A stretch of DNA of 64,000 nt, from contig NC_042998.1 of the NCBI RefSeq assembly GCF_006345805.1, positions 58,342,001 through 58,406,000 of the forward strand, written 5' to 3'. The notes below the pieces were generated by a model, which was not told the DNA's origin, did no database searches, and saw only the letters and a list, made by a program, of their open reading frames with translations. Shown piece after piece: positions 28,083 to 41,200 of this stretch. The stretch's first letter is position 1. Each line of letters opens with the position of its first letter. Both the position numbers and the translations under genes were made by a program. The DNA comes from Octopus sinensis. Its lineage: Eukaryota.

Positions 28083-28461
28083 TGAATCATAATGAGTCTT
28101 TGATTCTACTTCATAGCTTCTTGAACAAAAGCCCTTTACCATGTCTATTTGGTTTATCTCCACACACACAAATACACACACCTATTTTCCTCAAAGCTTG
28201 TTCATTGTAAACCAGGTCATAAAATTAATTTTCTTGTGAACACTAAGTTCTAAATTCAAAAGTTCAATAGAACAGAAGTGCCTAAGAGCAGATGTTTCAC
28301 GATCATTTACATGAATGCTAAATTCCTTACTGAAACTTGCTCTATATTTCTTAGAATACACCAAACCATGGATCCAAGAAACCAGTTGTAGATCCTTTTC
28401 AGATCAACACTTTGCAAAGTAAAACTGGATATTCTATCTTTTAAAACAAGACATGCTGCCT

Positions 28462-28625
28462 AATCCAAGAACATGAGGTAAATTCAAACTGGAGAACAAG
28501 CTATTCACTGTGTTTTGTCATAGAAAATATATCCATTTGTTGACAAATGGTGTGATATATTTTCTATGACAAAATGCAGTGTGTGTCTGTTCTCCAGTTT
28601 GAACATGCCTCAAGCATATTGGACT
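28462..28625. repeat. Imperfect hairpin, about 80-bp arms, almost no loop
   Basis: TTCAAACTGGAGAACA...TTTTGTCATAGAAAATATATC...CATTTGT pairs with ACAAATG...GATATATTTTCTATGACAAAA...TGTTCTCCAGTTTGAA. Confidence 0.85.
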
Positions 28626-29011
28626 GATAATAACATTACAATAGTTAAGTTCGTATTGAAACATTTATCACAAGGAGCATTAAAAAATGGTAATTGTAAA
28701 AAGGGTATTAATAATGGACAAGAATCGTTTTAGATGTAAAAATAAAGTCATCTGTAAGAGGTGATTTAGTATTTTTGGGAGCTCAGGCTGGCCTTTAGCC
28801 TCATATTAAAACCCCTATAGCTGATCTTTGCAAGTAGGTACGACCTGGTAGTACACACAATGCTTTTGCTAATTATTTTAAGTGCCTTAAAGCAATACTT
28901 TGTTATCCTTTGTGTACGTGCCCCAAAACGTTTATGATTCCTATTGATTGCTTTTAAAAAGAAAATATCTACATTGTATTGTTCCCTCTGTGTTTGACCC
29001 TGCATGGCTTA

Positions 29012-29242
29012 CACTTTTACTTGTTTCGGTCATTTTGACTTAGGCCATGCTGGAGCACTGCCTTTAGTCGATCAAATCGACCCCAGGACTTATTCTTTGT
29101 AAGCCTAGTACTTATTCTATCGGTCTCTTTTGCCAACCCACTAAGTTATGGGGATGTAAACACACCAGCATCGGTTGTCAATCGATGTTGGGAGGACACA
29201 CATAAACACACACACACACACACACGCACACACACAGACACC

Positions 29243-29281
<39 letters not shown>

Positions 29282-29430
29282 CGATGGGCTTCTTTCAGTT
29301 TCCGTCTACCGAATCCACTCACAAGGCTTCGGTCAGCCTGAGGCTATAGTAGAAGGTGCCACATGGTGGGACTGAAGCTGGAACCATGTAGTTGGTAAGC
29401 ATGCTACTTACCACACAACCACTCCTGCAT
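29012..29430 (-). mobile_element. SINE family A
   Basis: Near full-length match to 35170-35598. Confidence 0.85.
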
Positions 29431-30475
29431 TCAATAAAGAAATCTGTCTTAGGTGTGTTTGTATTCATAAGCAGACACAAATAACCTCTTGATCCTCCCT
29501 CCCGTTAACCCAGCAGAACATTAAGTAACCGCAGAAAAAGACAGGGCTGCACCAGTACAAGGCAGGTGCACATTTTCAACTGAGTAGATTGGATCAATGT
29601 GAAATGAAGCTCCTTATTCAAAGATAAAATATCCTGCCTGATCCATGTGTTGGGTAGCTTCACAAGATTCAAGAGGCCCAAGAACTGCATCATACTTCAG
29701 GGTCTGCTTCAGTGTGGTTTCAACAGCTTGGATCTTCACCTAATACCAACCACTTTACAGTGTGTACTGGGTGCTTTTTATAATGCCACCAGCACTAATT
29801 AGGTCATTACATAGTTTGCACGACTATGAATCCCAGGGGTGGGGGAAATTTATGCTAGGAGATGAGAGATGCAAGGTGGACAAAAGGATGAGAGAAGGGG
29901 ACTGAACAGAACAGGTTTCTTGCTGTACAGTAGTTCATAATTATTTTTAGAAGTTGTTGCCTGAGAGAAGAAGTGATAAATGGAAGAATTGGTATAAAGC
30001 ACTTCACAGAATGCGATATGGTAGTAATCAGCTGTGATTTCCCCAAATTTTGTGTCTTATTCCTATGTTATTAATCATTGTTATTCTATGCCAGTGTAGT
30101 GAGGAATTGAAGATGTTTGAAGTTAGTTAGCTTGCACCAACCAATTACAAGAAAGCGATAGAGGAACACAAATGAGATGATGATGATGATGATGATATAG
30201 AAGGAGGATCCTAATTGAATTGATCATGTTCAGGATACTAATCATCATAGTTACTTTGAATGGCAATGATAATGTTACCAAGGATGATGATGATACTAAT
30301 GGGATACTACTATTGATGATGATAATGATGATGATGACGATCGTGATGATGACAGGAATGGAGGAGGATGATATCAGTGATTGAGATTTGAAAAATATTA
30401 TTAGGAATGGTTTCTATTTGCAAAACAAATAAATGAATAAATAAATAGCCCCAAAGATCTCATATAAAAACATGT

Positions 30476-30676
<201 letters not shown>

Positions 30677-30906
30677 TGCCAATGATAAGGTATTTGTTTG
30701 TACCAATAACAACAGACAATGCAATAAACCTGATTACATTTCATGCTTCAAGAATCTCTAAAAATCCTTTAAGGATAGCAATTGTTATTGAAACATGGTG
30801 TTTGTTGCCCCCTCTTCTTCATTCTTCTTCCTTGTTGTATTTCTTCTTATTTAGCTTACATTATTTCTGTCACAACAACTAACTTTTATTTCATTCTCCT
30901 CCACAG

Positions 30907-31160
30907 ATTATAGCCGGCGGCACTTTGTGATGCAATCAGATATAGGAACAAATTATATATATACTGAAGAACTTCTATTAATCCAAAAAATTCTTCATTT
31001 TCCTGAAGAAGTAGCTTTATCGTTAACAGAGACGGAATATGAGTTATTCAATCGAATACCTCCTGCACAATACATACGCCAAGTTAGTCTTGACCTTATC
31101 AGACCAATAACAAATAAAAAACAAGTATCAGTTGAGGATCTTCTTCAAAGATTTGGAGAG
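30907..31160 (+). CDS. PLCE1: Internal coding exon B; start of CDC25/RasGEF domain of PLC-epsilon-like protein
   Basis: TTTCATTCTCCTCCACAG acceptor, phase 1 in, GAG|GTAAGT donor, phase 0 out. Protein (D)YSRRHFVMQSD...ILHFPEEVALSLTETEYELFNRIPPAQYIRQVSLDL...VEDLLQRFGE matches the FPEEVA...LEDLVMRFNE pattern I recall from vertebrate PLCE1. Confidence 0.88.
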
Positions 31161-31729
31161 GTAAGTCTAACTTGGAATACACAACATTTCCAATTTGAAA
31201 ATAGAAAACTAGATTTTTATTGAGTAATTTTTTTATTGATTTTCTATGTTGGCTTGTTTGTCATTGTTATTGCTGTTTTTTAAACTAAACCAGGATATCC
31301 TTTGGGTGGCAACATACCATGCTGCTTGGTTTTATACTAATAGGTACTTGGACACCTTTGGCAGATATTAGTCTGTTTGAAGCATTTTAGTGCACACATT
31401 GACCTACTGATGTTCAATCTGGACATTGATTGCATCAGGTTCACCAGTCTGAAGCAATAGACACCATCTTTTCACTGAATGATTTATAAAAAGATTAGAA
31501 CTATATATTTTATTGTTTGCAAATAGAGTGATTTTATTTAGTCCTTTTACCATGACATCATGTCATCAGCAAGAATCGAAATCAAGTACGTGAACTAATG
31601 AAATACTCCTCAATTTTATAGTGCTGTTAATGATGCTTTACTGTCTACTAATTACTCACAGCTAAATGAAGAAGATTATTAAGAGCTAACAAGATTGTAT
31701 TAAAATCTTTTTGGAGTACTAAGAATGAA

Positions 31730-32370
31730 TTGGACTGTTAAGAGGTGACTAAACTAATTAGACTGCTAATATTTGATTAGACTGTTAAGAGATGAGATGA
31801 CTAAACTGTTAGCAATTAAATAAATTATTAACTGAACTGTTTAAGATAGATTAACTATTAAGGAGTTAACTGTACCATTGGCAGTTGACTAAACTGTTAA
31901 CTGATTAACTGGACTACCAAAGTTAACAGATTACTAAAAAATTATTGGACATCTAAAATTTAATTAACTCATCTGAATCTATGATATAAATTTTATATTA
32001 TAACGTGATCAAAATGAAAACATTTCGTCTAAATATCATTTTAGCTATGTTCCAAATACCAGATTAATAATGCCAATTATTTTCCTAAATTCTTCATGAC
32101 TTTCAAAATTGAATGTATTTCAAAATTGATTGTATGGTGACAAAAGTATTAACTGTTTACTGGAGAGTTGACAGTTACCTGAGCTGCTAAGAGTCCACTG
32201 GAATGTTAAAAGTTTAGTAGACAGCAGTTAAATGAACTGTCAATTGTTCATGGGACACTTAATAGTTAACTGAATTGTTAAAAGTTCTTTCAATAGTTAA
32301 CAGGGCAATTAATTGAACAGTCAAGAGTTGATAGGAAAGCTGACAGTCAATGAGGCTGTCAAGAATCTGA
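31730..32370. repeat. Degenerate AACTGTTAAGAGTTGACT-type minisatellite
   Basis: Recurring AACTGTTAA/GTTAACTG words, interrupted by a decayed MITE at about 32030-32150. Confidence 0.55.
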
Positions 32371-33275
32371 ATCTAAGATACAGAGAATAGCACTGATGAT
32401 GTGATTTGATCAATCAGCCGCTTCATAATTTGACTAAGATTTCATTAAAAAAATGCAAGTTAATTCGTTCAACTAATACTTTTCACGGCAGTGCTCCAGC
32501 ATGGCTGCAGTAAAATGACTGAAAGAAGTAAAGGAATACAACAGGCTCCAGGCTTCTTTCAGTTTCCATCTACCAAAACTATTCATAAAGCTTTGGTCAA
32601 GCGAGGACTATAGTATAAGATACTTGTGCAAGTTGCCACGCAGTGGGACTGAACCTGGAACCATGAGATTGGGAAGTAAACATCTTACCACACAGTCATG
32701 CCTGCACTTAACATTAATTAATCAGAGACATCATCTGTATATTAAAGAAAAAAATAAAGCAACAGTCAACTTACAATTAATATACCCAATGCAGCAAGCA
32801 TCAAAAATGTTAATTAGACATATGTATGTAGAGAAGAAAATAAAACTTTAAATTAAAGAATAAAATTAATTTAACCATTATATTTAGATACAATATCATA
32901 CTCCAATTTTTTCCGCATATTTCATTATTCACATTCACCTCACATTTTACACTTTATGAATATATGAAGGTCATACTTTTTTTTTTTTATCTGTATGGCA
33001 AACTAACTGAAGTGAATAATCTAGAAAACAAAGCAAGTGTCAAAAAAAAATTAAAGGTTATGTTAAATCTAAATCAGACTCAAACTCTGAATGTCATCAT
33101 CATCCTCATCATCTTAACATCCATTTTTCTATGCTTGCATGGGTCAGACAGATTTTATATAAGATAGATATTCTACAACTAGATTCCCAACCTGACACGA
33201 ACCTTCACTTGTAGAGAAAATAAATTCATTTAAATACTCTTATAAATTTAGCATTATCAACAATTATTATAAGGT

Positions 33276-33700
33276 CATCATCATCATCATCGTTTAACGT
33301 TCGCTTTCCATGCTGACATGGGTTGGACGATTTGACTGAGGCCCGGCAAACCAGATGGCTGCACCAGGCTCCAATCTGATCTGGCAGGTTTTCTACAGCT
33401 AGATGCCCTTCCTAACACCAACCACTCTGAGAGTGTAGTGGGTGCTTTTATGTGCCACTGACATGAGGACCAGTCAGGTGGTACAGGCAACGGCCATGCT
33501 AAAATGGAGCTTTTTATGTGCCATCTGCACAGGAGCGGCACTGGCAATGACCTCACTCGAATGTTTTTTCACGTGCTACCAGCACAAGTGCCAGTAAGGC
33601 AATGCAGGTAATGATCACGCTCGGATGGTGCTTTTTACATGCCACCAGCATGGAGGCCAGCTTGTTGCTCTGGCAACAATCACACTCGGATGGTACTCTT
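33276..33700 (-). mobile_element. RTE-LINE 3'-end copy with diverged 63-bp modules
   Basis: Same (CAT)n end and GGTGCTTTTTACATGCCACC modules. More copies at 8905-9120(+), 34777-34950, 36094-36390, 44362-44553(+), 53629-53985 and 54596-54853(+). Confidence 0.75.
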
Positions 33701-33728
33701 TGCTTGTATGGTAGGATTAGCAAAATCC

Positions 33729-34175
33729 TTGACCATTTAGTGTTTAAACTAGCTATATCTGGCCCAGATATTCTACATGTTTTATATTCAAACTGGCAAT
33801 ATCTAGCCTCTCACACCTAACCTACATTGTCATTTCAAAAATAAACAATCACTTCGTTGAAACCTCAAAGTTATAAGAAAATGCATGATTAATTCAAAAC
33901 AATTTGAGTGAAAAAGTATTATATTTAACCTTTTTGTTACTGTATTTATTTTGAAATGCTCTGTGTTCTTTCAATTAAATATAACAAAGAATTTAGTAAA
34001 ATAACTTAGTTATTATTAAGCTAGAGTTAGCAACATAAATTGTGACTAAGACTTGGTGGAAAATTTTAATTCAGAAATTTTGAAAACAGGACAGTTGTAC
34101 TACAGAGCCAGATACTGTTTCAGCTGGGTTGGTATTGAAAGGGTTAACAGAGCAATCTGAACAATAAAGGGTTAA
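33729..34175. mobile_element. piggyBac-type MITE family 2, containing a nested family-1 MITE at 33925-34147
   Basis: Outer element ends AAAGGG-TTAA and matches 43021-43248 and 62389-62616. The inner element is bounded by TTAA on both sides. Confidence 0.8.
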
Positions 34176-34369
34176 TGCATTGGATAAAATGCCTTCCAGC
34201 ATTTGTTGAATCACTTGAGTTTGAATCCTTCTGCAGTCACCTTTGACTTTCATCCCTCTGGCATTGATAAAATAATGAGGCTGATGTAATTAAATAACCC
34301 CCCGACCTTGTACCAGAATAGGAAACAATTATCATGATTGTTATTAACACCAGCTGATCACATGCCTTT

Positions 34370-34736
34370 CTTTCTTTTACTTGCTTCTGTCATTTGACTG
34401 TAGCCATGCTGGAGCATTGGCTTTAGTCCAGCAAATTGACCTCAGGACTTATTCTTTGTAAGCCTAGTACTTATTCTATCAGTCTCTTTTGCCGAACCGC
34501 TAAGTTATGGGATGTAAACACAACTGATGCTGGAGGAGGACAAACACAGACACCCAAACATATATATACGTATATACGACAGGCTTCTTTCAGTTTCCAT
34601 CTACCAAATCCACTCACATGGCTTTGGTCAGCCCGAGGCTATTGTAGAAGACACTTGCCCAAGGTACTACGCAGTGTGACTGAACCCAGAGCGATATGGT
34701 TGGTAAGCAAGCTACTTACAACACAGCCATTCCTGC
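34370..34736 (-). mobile_element. SINE family A
   Basis: Matches other family A copies. Confidence 0.85.
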
Positions 34737-35169
34737 TATCAATAATGACACCTAATTGTAGTATTTTATTTATAAATCATCATCATCATCGTTTAACGTC
34801 TGCTTTACATGCTAGCATGGGTTGGACAATTTGACTGAGGACTGGTGAACCAGATGGCTGCACCGGGCTCCAGGCTTGATCTGGCAGAGTCTCTACAGCT
34901 GGATACCCTTCTCAATGCCAACCACTCTAAGAGTGTAGTGGGTGCTTTTAGTACAAAATAAAGCACATAATAATCACACATACAAACATTCACATACCTC
35001 CCTTGTACACACATACACATACACACACATACTCATACAGAGTTGAAACGCTGATTTTTTTGCACCCTTTCCTTCCTTATTCATCTATCACCCCTTCCTT
35101 TCTCTCATTGCTATTACCTTCTCTCAGTCCCTCTCAACCATGGCTATTGCTCTCACTACTTCTCCCTTA

Positions 35170-35340
35170 GGCGCAGGAGTGGCTGTGTGGTAAGTAGCTT
35201 GTTTACCAACCACATGGTTCCGGGTCCAGTCCCACTGCGTGGCATCTTGGGCAAGTGTCTTCTGCTATAGCCCCGGGCTGACCAATGCCTTGTGAGTGGA
35301 TTTGGTAGACGGAAACTGAAAGAAGTCTGTCGTATATATG

Positions 35341-35371
<31 letters not shown>

Positions 35372-35598
35372 TTGTGTGTCTGTGTTTGTCCCCCTAGCAT
35401 TGCTTGACAACCGATGCTGGTGTGTTTACGTCCCCGTCACTTAGCGGTTTGGCAAAAGAGACCGATAGAATAAGTACTGGGCTTACAAAGAATAAGTCCC
35501 GGGGTCGATTTGCTCGACTAAAGGCGGTGCTCCAGCATGGCCGCAGTCAAATGACTGAAACAAGTAAAAGAGAGTAAAAGAGAGTAAAAAAGAGAGTA
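35170..35598 (+). mobile_element. SINE family A, full length
   Basis: GGCGCAGGAGTGGCTGTGTGG head, B-box-like GGTCCAGTCCC, CORE-like TTGGGCAAGTGTCTT and (GTAAAAGAGA)n tail. Confidence 0.9.
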
Positions 35599-35657
35599 CT
35601 GAATTTCTATTTTCTCTCCTCCTCCACGTCCTGCGTGATTCTGGACAAATATATATA

Positions 35658-35884
35658 TACTCTTTTACTCTTTTCTTCTTGTTTCGGTCATTTGACTGCG
35701 ACCATGCTGGAGCACCGCCTTTAGTCGAGCAAATCGACCCCGGGACTTATACTTTGTAAACCTAGTACTTATTCTATCGGTCTCTTTCGCCGAACTGCTA
35801 AGTTAAGGGGGCGTAAACACACCAGCATCGGTTGTCAAGCGATGTTGGGGGGGGGGGACAAACACAGACACACAAACATATATG

Positions 35885-35915
<31 letters not shown>

Positions 35916-36092
35916 GCATATGCATATATACGACGGGCTTCTTTCAGTTTCCGTCTACCAAGTTCACTCACAAGGCTTTGGTCGGCCCGAGGCTATAGGA
36001 GAAGACACTTTCCCAAGGTGCCATGCAGTGGGACTGAACTGGAACCATGTGGTTGGTAAGCAAGTTACTTACCACACAGCCACTCCTGCACC
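35658..36092 (-). mobile_element. SINE family A, tail-to-tail with previous copy
   Basis: Reverse complement of 35170-35598, about 60 bp away. Confidence 0.9.
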
Positions 36093-37795
36093 TATCATCA
36101 TCATCATCATCGTTTAACGTCCACTTTCTATGCTAGCATGGGTTGGATGATTTGACTGTCAAATCGTCCAACCTAGGTTCCAATCTGATCTAGCAGATTT
36201 TCTACAGCGGGAAGCCTTTCCTAATGCCAACCACTCTGAGAGTGTAGTGGGTGCTTTTACATGCCACTGGCATGAGTGCCAGTCAAGTGGTACTGGCAAC
36301 GACCATGCTCAAATAGTGTTTTTTTACATGCCACCTACACAGGAGCCAGTCCAGCAGCACTGGCAATGTCTTCGCTCGAATGTTCTTTCACATATACAAA
36401 TATATAAAAACACTATGCTCGTTATTATGTTAGGAGATGGTGAGCTGGCAGAATCATTAGAATGCTGGGCAAAATGCTTAGCGGCATTTTGTCCATCTTT
36501 ATTATCTGAGTTCATATTCCACAGAGGTTGACTTTGTCTTTCATCTTTTGTCGGAAATTGATGGAATAAGTATTAGTTGAACAATGTGATCGATGTATCT
36601 CGTCTTATAAAATTTCAGACTTTGTGCTTTGGAGAAAGGATAATTTGTTCCCAAAATAAAGTGGTGAGCTGGAAAAATTGTTAGATATTAGAAAAATGCT
36701 TTGCGTCATTATTTGTTCCACCCTTTTATATTCTGAGTTCAAACCATGCTTTGGTCAACTTTTCCTTTCCTCCTTTCAGGTTTGGTAAAATGAAGTACCA
36801 GTGAAATATTGGGGTTTTATAGTATCAACAAGACCTTCTCCCCAAAAATTGCTGGCCTTGTGCCAAAATCAAAATGTATTATTAGTTCTTAGAACAATTT
36901 ATATAATATATATTACATACATCTCCCACTCTGGAACATTCTCTCCGTTAGCTATTAACAGGAGATCATAATAATCTGAACACCTTTCAATAACATCTCT
37001 CTCTGTCTCTCTGTCTCTCTCTCTGTCTCTCTCTCCCTCTCTCTGTCTTTCTGTCTTTCTCTCTCTCTCTCCCTCTCTCTGTCTTTCTGTCTTTCTCTCT
37101 CTCTCTCTCTCTCTATCTCTCTTTCTTTCTCCCTCTTCAATCTGGCCAAACAGCATTGCTGCAATGAGGAAATGTCCAGGTTATGTTGGCCTACATTGTA
37201 ATATGCTTCATTTTCCACTCATTATTCATACGGATAACTCACATAAACTTCCATATTATGAAATTCTATATCTGGTTTCTCATACAGTTCAGTGTAATTA
37301 ATTATAATTGCTAACATTCCCTTGGGGATCTCTATTACTTCACTTTCATTAAAGATTCCCTCAGGAAAGGCATTTATTTATTGGATTTTGTATTGCAATT
37401 GTTGAACAATAGTGTTGTTGGTTACAGTGTTCCAGCAGACCAATCACAGGTTTATTGCATTTTCAAATGCAGAGAGTGACAAGGGAGTCTTTGCACAAAT
37501 CAGTGCAGAACAAATATGATAAGGAACTTTGAAAAATCCCTTTTGAGTACTTTTTATTTATTTATTTATTTTACAGTTTTCTTATCAATGTCTACTCCAG
37601 TTAAGTCTTAGATACACAATGCCTGAAGAAAACGCTAGATGGTCATACAGGAATGTTTTTGATCATAGGTCTCTGCTCAAGTAGGATTGACTTCATCATC
37701 ATCATCATCATTTAATGTTTGGCTTCCATATTTGTATGGTCTGTATGTTTAGACAAGGACTGATGAACTGGAGGACAGTCTCCAGCACCAATATC

Positions 37796-38238
37796 GGCTC
37801 TTTTCGGTTTGAACGGCAGTTTTTAAAAATAATTTTCACGTAACTAAACACTTTTAAACTTCTTATACTGGTAGAATGCTTTTATAAAACATCTTTTTCT
37901 CCTGGCTTTATTGAGAAAATTCTATAGTTTGTAAGATATTTGTTGGTTTTTTTTTTCTTCAATTTCTGCAATTTCAACCAATCAATGATGTCTGTTGAGG
38001 TGAAAACATTGTGTGCCATATGAAAATGTCCCTCGTTTCAGAAACAGATTGGGTTTATTTACATTTCTGAAGAAGAAAAAAGATACCCTTCTCCCACCCC
38101 TAACCTTAACCCTAACCCTAACTAACCCTAACCCTAAAATAGATTGAAATGTAATAGATTGATACTAGGGTCATAATTGTGGGTGACAATTTCATATGAC
38201 ACCGCTAGAAAAAACTGCCGTTCAAACCGAAAAGATCC
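37796..38238. mobile_element. 443-bp MITE with about 29-bp TIRs, 8-bp TSD and internal (CCCTAA)n
   Basis: GG(C/A)TCTTTTCGGTTTGAACGGCAGTTTTT TIRs. TSD CCAATATC at 37788-37795 and 38239-38246. It interrupts an RTE-tail copy. Confidence 0.92.
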
Positions 38239-41200
38239 CCAATATCAACTCCGGCACGGTTTTTATGGCTGGATGCACTTTTTAATGCCGATCACTTTAC
38301 AAGGTATACTGGGTGTTATTTAGTAGCACTAGCACTAATGATGATTGCTTCATTAATTGCAAGGCTAAGGGCATAAAATCACATGATAAGAGGAGAGGAT
38401 CAGGGAGCACGGCAGGGAAAAGAGGAGAGATAAGGGATTAGTGACAGGGTTAAGAAAAGAAGAGAGGGCTAGAGTTGTAGAGGTAATAGATTGGACTGTG
38501 TAAAGGGAATAAGTATTAAGGGCTATTTAACATTACAATGGACACAGAAGGTGTGAGGCAAAGTGGATGGGAAGGGAGCAATTGACGAGGAGACTAAGTG
38601 TGAGGGAGTCATTGAAGGATAGAGAGATGTAGTAGGAATCATGGAAGTTAGTCAACAACAATAAAAACAGAATTCTATGTTATCATATAGGTGACCCCAG
38701 GTGTATACAGAATAATGACATTCATCAGAGGACATCCACAGAATCTATCATCCACACAGAGTCAATGACAATGGTATTTGTGTCAGTTGATTTTTTGATC
38801 AAATGAGGGAAACCTTGTTCTCACTGGTTTTCTAACTCCTGATAGCTTCTGTCAGTCACACTGCTTGCAAGAAACATCATTGTTTTCCAGTGTTGAACCA
38901 GAATTGAACTCTGAATGCACAGAGTTGGAACAAATACTGTAAGACATTCTGTCCAATACACTAATGACTATTCCTTTGAATCAATGAAATATTTATATTT
39001 TGTAGTACATCCAATAACTGTAATCAAAATACAGTGGTTCCATAGGTTCATTATCATCTTTTAATGTTCATCTTCCATGTTGACATATGTTCGACAGTTT
39101 GACCGGATTTGATCCAAGAACTGCACCCCCCCCCCCAGTAGCTCTATTACTTCACTTTCATCAAAGATTCCCCCAGAAAAGGCATTTATTTATTGGATTT
39201 TGTATTGTAGTTGTTTCTATGCTGACATTGTTCCTATGACTGGATGCCTTTCTAAAGCCAAGCACTTTACAGAGTGTATTGTACATCTAAGATCTTACCA
39301 CACAGCGTTGCCTTACTGGCACTCTTCAAGGCAGTGCTCCAGCATAGCTGTAGTCAAATGACTGAAACAAGTAAAAGAATACAACAGGCTTCAGGCTTCT
39401 TTCAATTTCCATTTACCAAAACTACTCATAAAGCTTTGGTCAAGCCAGGGTTATAGTATAAGATACTTGTGCAAGTTGCCACACAGTGGGACTGAACCTG
39501 GAACCATGTGGTTGGGAAGTAAACTTCTTACCACACAGCGTTGACCAAAGCATGGTTTGAACTCAGAATATAAAGAGGTGGAACAAATAATGATGCAAAG
39601 CATTTTTCTAATATCTAACAATTTTTCCAGCTCACCACTTTATTTTGGGAACAAATAATCCTTTCTACAATGATGATGATGATAATAGAGTAGTGTCCCT
39701 TTATGACTAATTTCAATTGCACACAACACAGTACTATCAAATTTGGTGTGCTATTGGCATTTCAATTCAACAGCATTTTCACCAGCATCTTACTGGTGTA
39801 AATTTCAAGGAAACTTTCTGTTTACTGTGGAGGGTATGAAGGTCTACAAACAAATAACGGAGGGTGTGTGGAAAGAAAGAAAGAATGAAAGAGGGAGGGG
39901 AGGAGAGAGAGAAAGAAAAAGAGAGGGGTAAATACAGCAAGTGAGTTAGAGTGCATAATTCTCCCCATCATACATACTGGTTTCTTTATTCGTTAATTAC
40001 AGGGCTCATGTTTTTTTCTTTTGTTTTTTTTTCCAGATATGAAGTAGTTCAACTAAAAATTGAACTAATGTTGCAGACTTTGCTTCTTAGTTGCTTATGA
40101 TTTTTCTCAGCATTCATATAAAATTCTTTTTAGATTTGTAAATATAAGAGAAAAGTAATGTGAATTTAGAACACTAAAATTACTGTCACATTGTATGTTG
40201 TTTCTTTTTTGTCTTTTTTTCTTATCTTTAAAAAATTTTTCATTAATTTTAATGAAATTGTCATGTCAAATTTGAAATGATTTCTTTGCGAATTATGAGA
40301 TTTGTTATTGATTTTAATATGAGTTTAAGTACTTCATGGGAATTCTGAAATTTCTGTAGATAAGATGGTAAAACTAATAACTGTTTACGTGGTATTTGAC
40401 TGTTGAGTCTAAATTCCCAACAGAATTATTGTCATTGGTGAAGTTGATAAGTTCTATATTCCAATTCAAAGTGGGAAACTGAACTGTTTCAATGTAGATA
40501 TTGTATGAAAAGTTCTATTAATACTGACAAGATCAACAAGATGAAGTATGTAGATTTGATGAACATAAAATAAATTGATAACCGCTGAAAGAACTGTAGC
40601 CACAAAAGTGAGCTGTAGAATAATTTCTAAAAAAACTACCCAGGAACAGACATGGCTTAAATATTTACTTCCTAACATCATAATTTCTGATTTAGTCTCA
40701 CTGAGTGGTACATTGGGCAAGTGTGTTCGGTTACTCCAAGAGCTGACCAAAGCTTTCTGAGTAGATTTGCTACTTTAATCTTTCATTATCTAGCATAAAG
40801 CCACCTCTCTCTCTACTGTGGCCCAGAGAGAGAAATGAGATTGAAGATTCCTGAAGATACATTAAATAGTCTAGTATATCTCATATAATGAATGAAGGAG
40901 CCCCTACATAATTTTGTGATCTGCTAGAAATAACAGTCAAATATATTTCATGCCAAAAATTGAAGGATACATTGGTTAATATATTTCTAGATATGTCTGA
41001 AGAAAGAAATAAACTTATAACACCTTTGATCCTAGGTTTGGTTAAGATTAAACAGCATGAATGAATTGAAAAGTATTGCTAGTGTGAATATTTTTACTTG
41101 CTCCAAATTGTAGCAGGATGCAGTTTTACACTAGAATTTTCTTTAGAGAGAACAATTTATTTACCTCCAAAGAATAATAAAATTGAATTGACCATCAGTT

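Noticed and set aside
35170-35240. tRNA gene
   Set aside because: The A/B boxes belong to SINE heads; there is no complete cloverleaf.
38098-38137. Chromosome end or fusion scar
   Set aside because: The short tract lies inside a TIR/TSD-bounded MITE.
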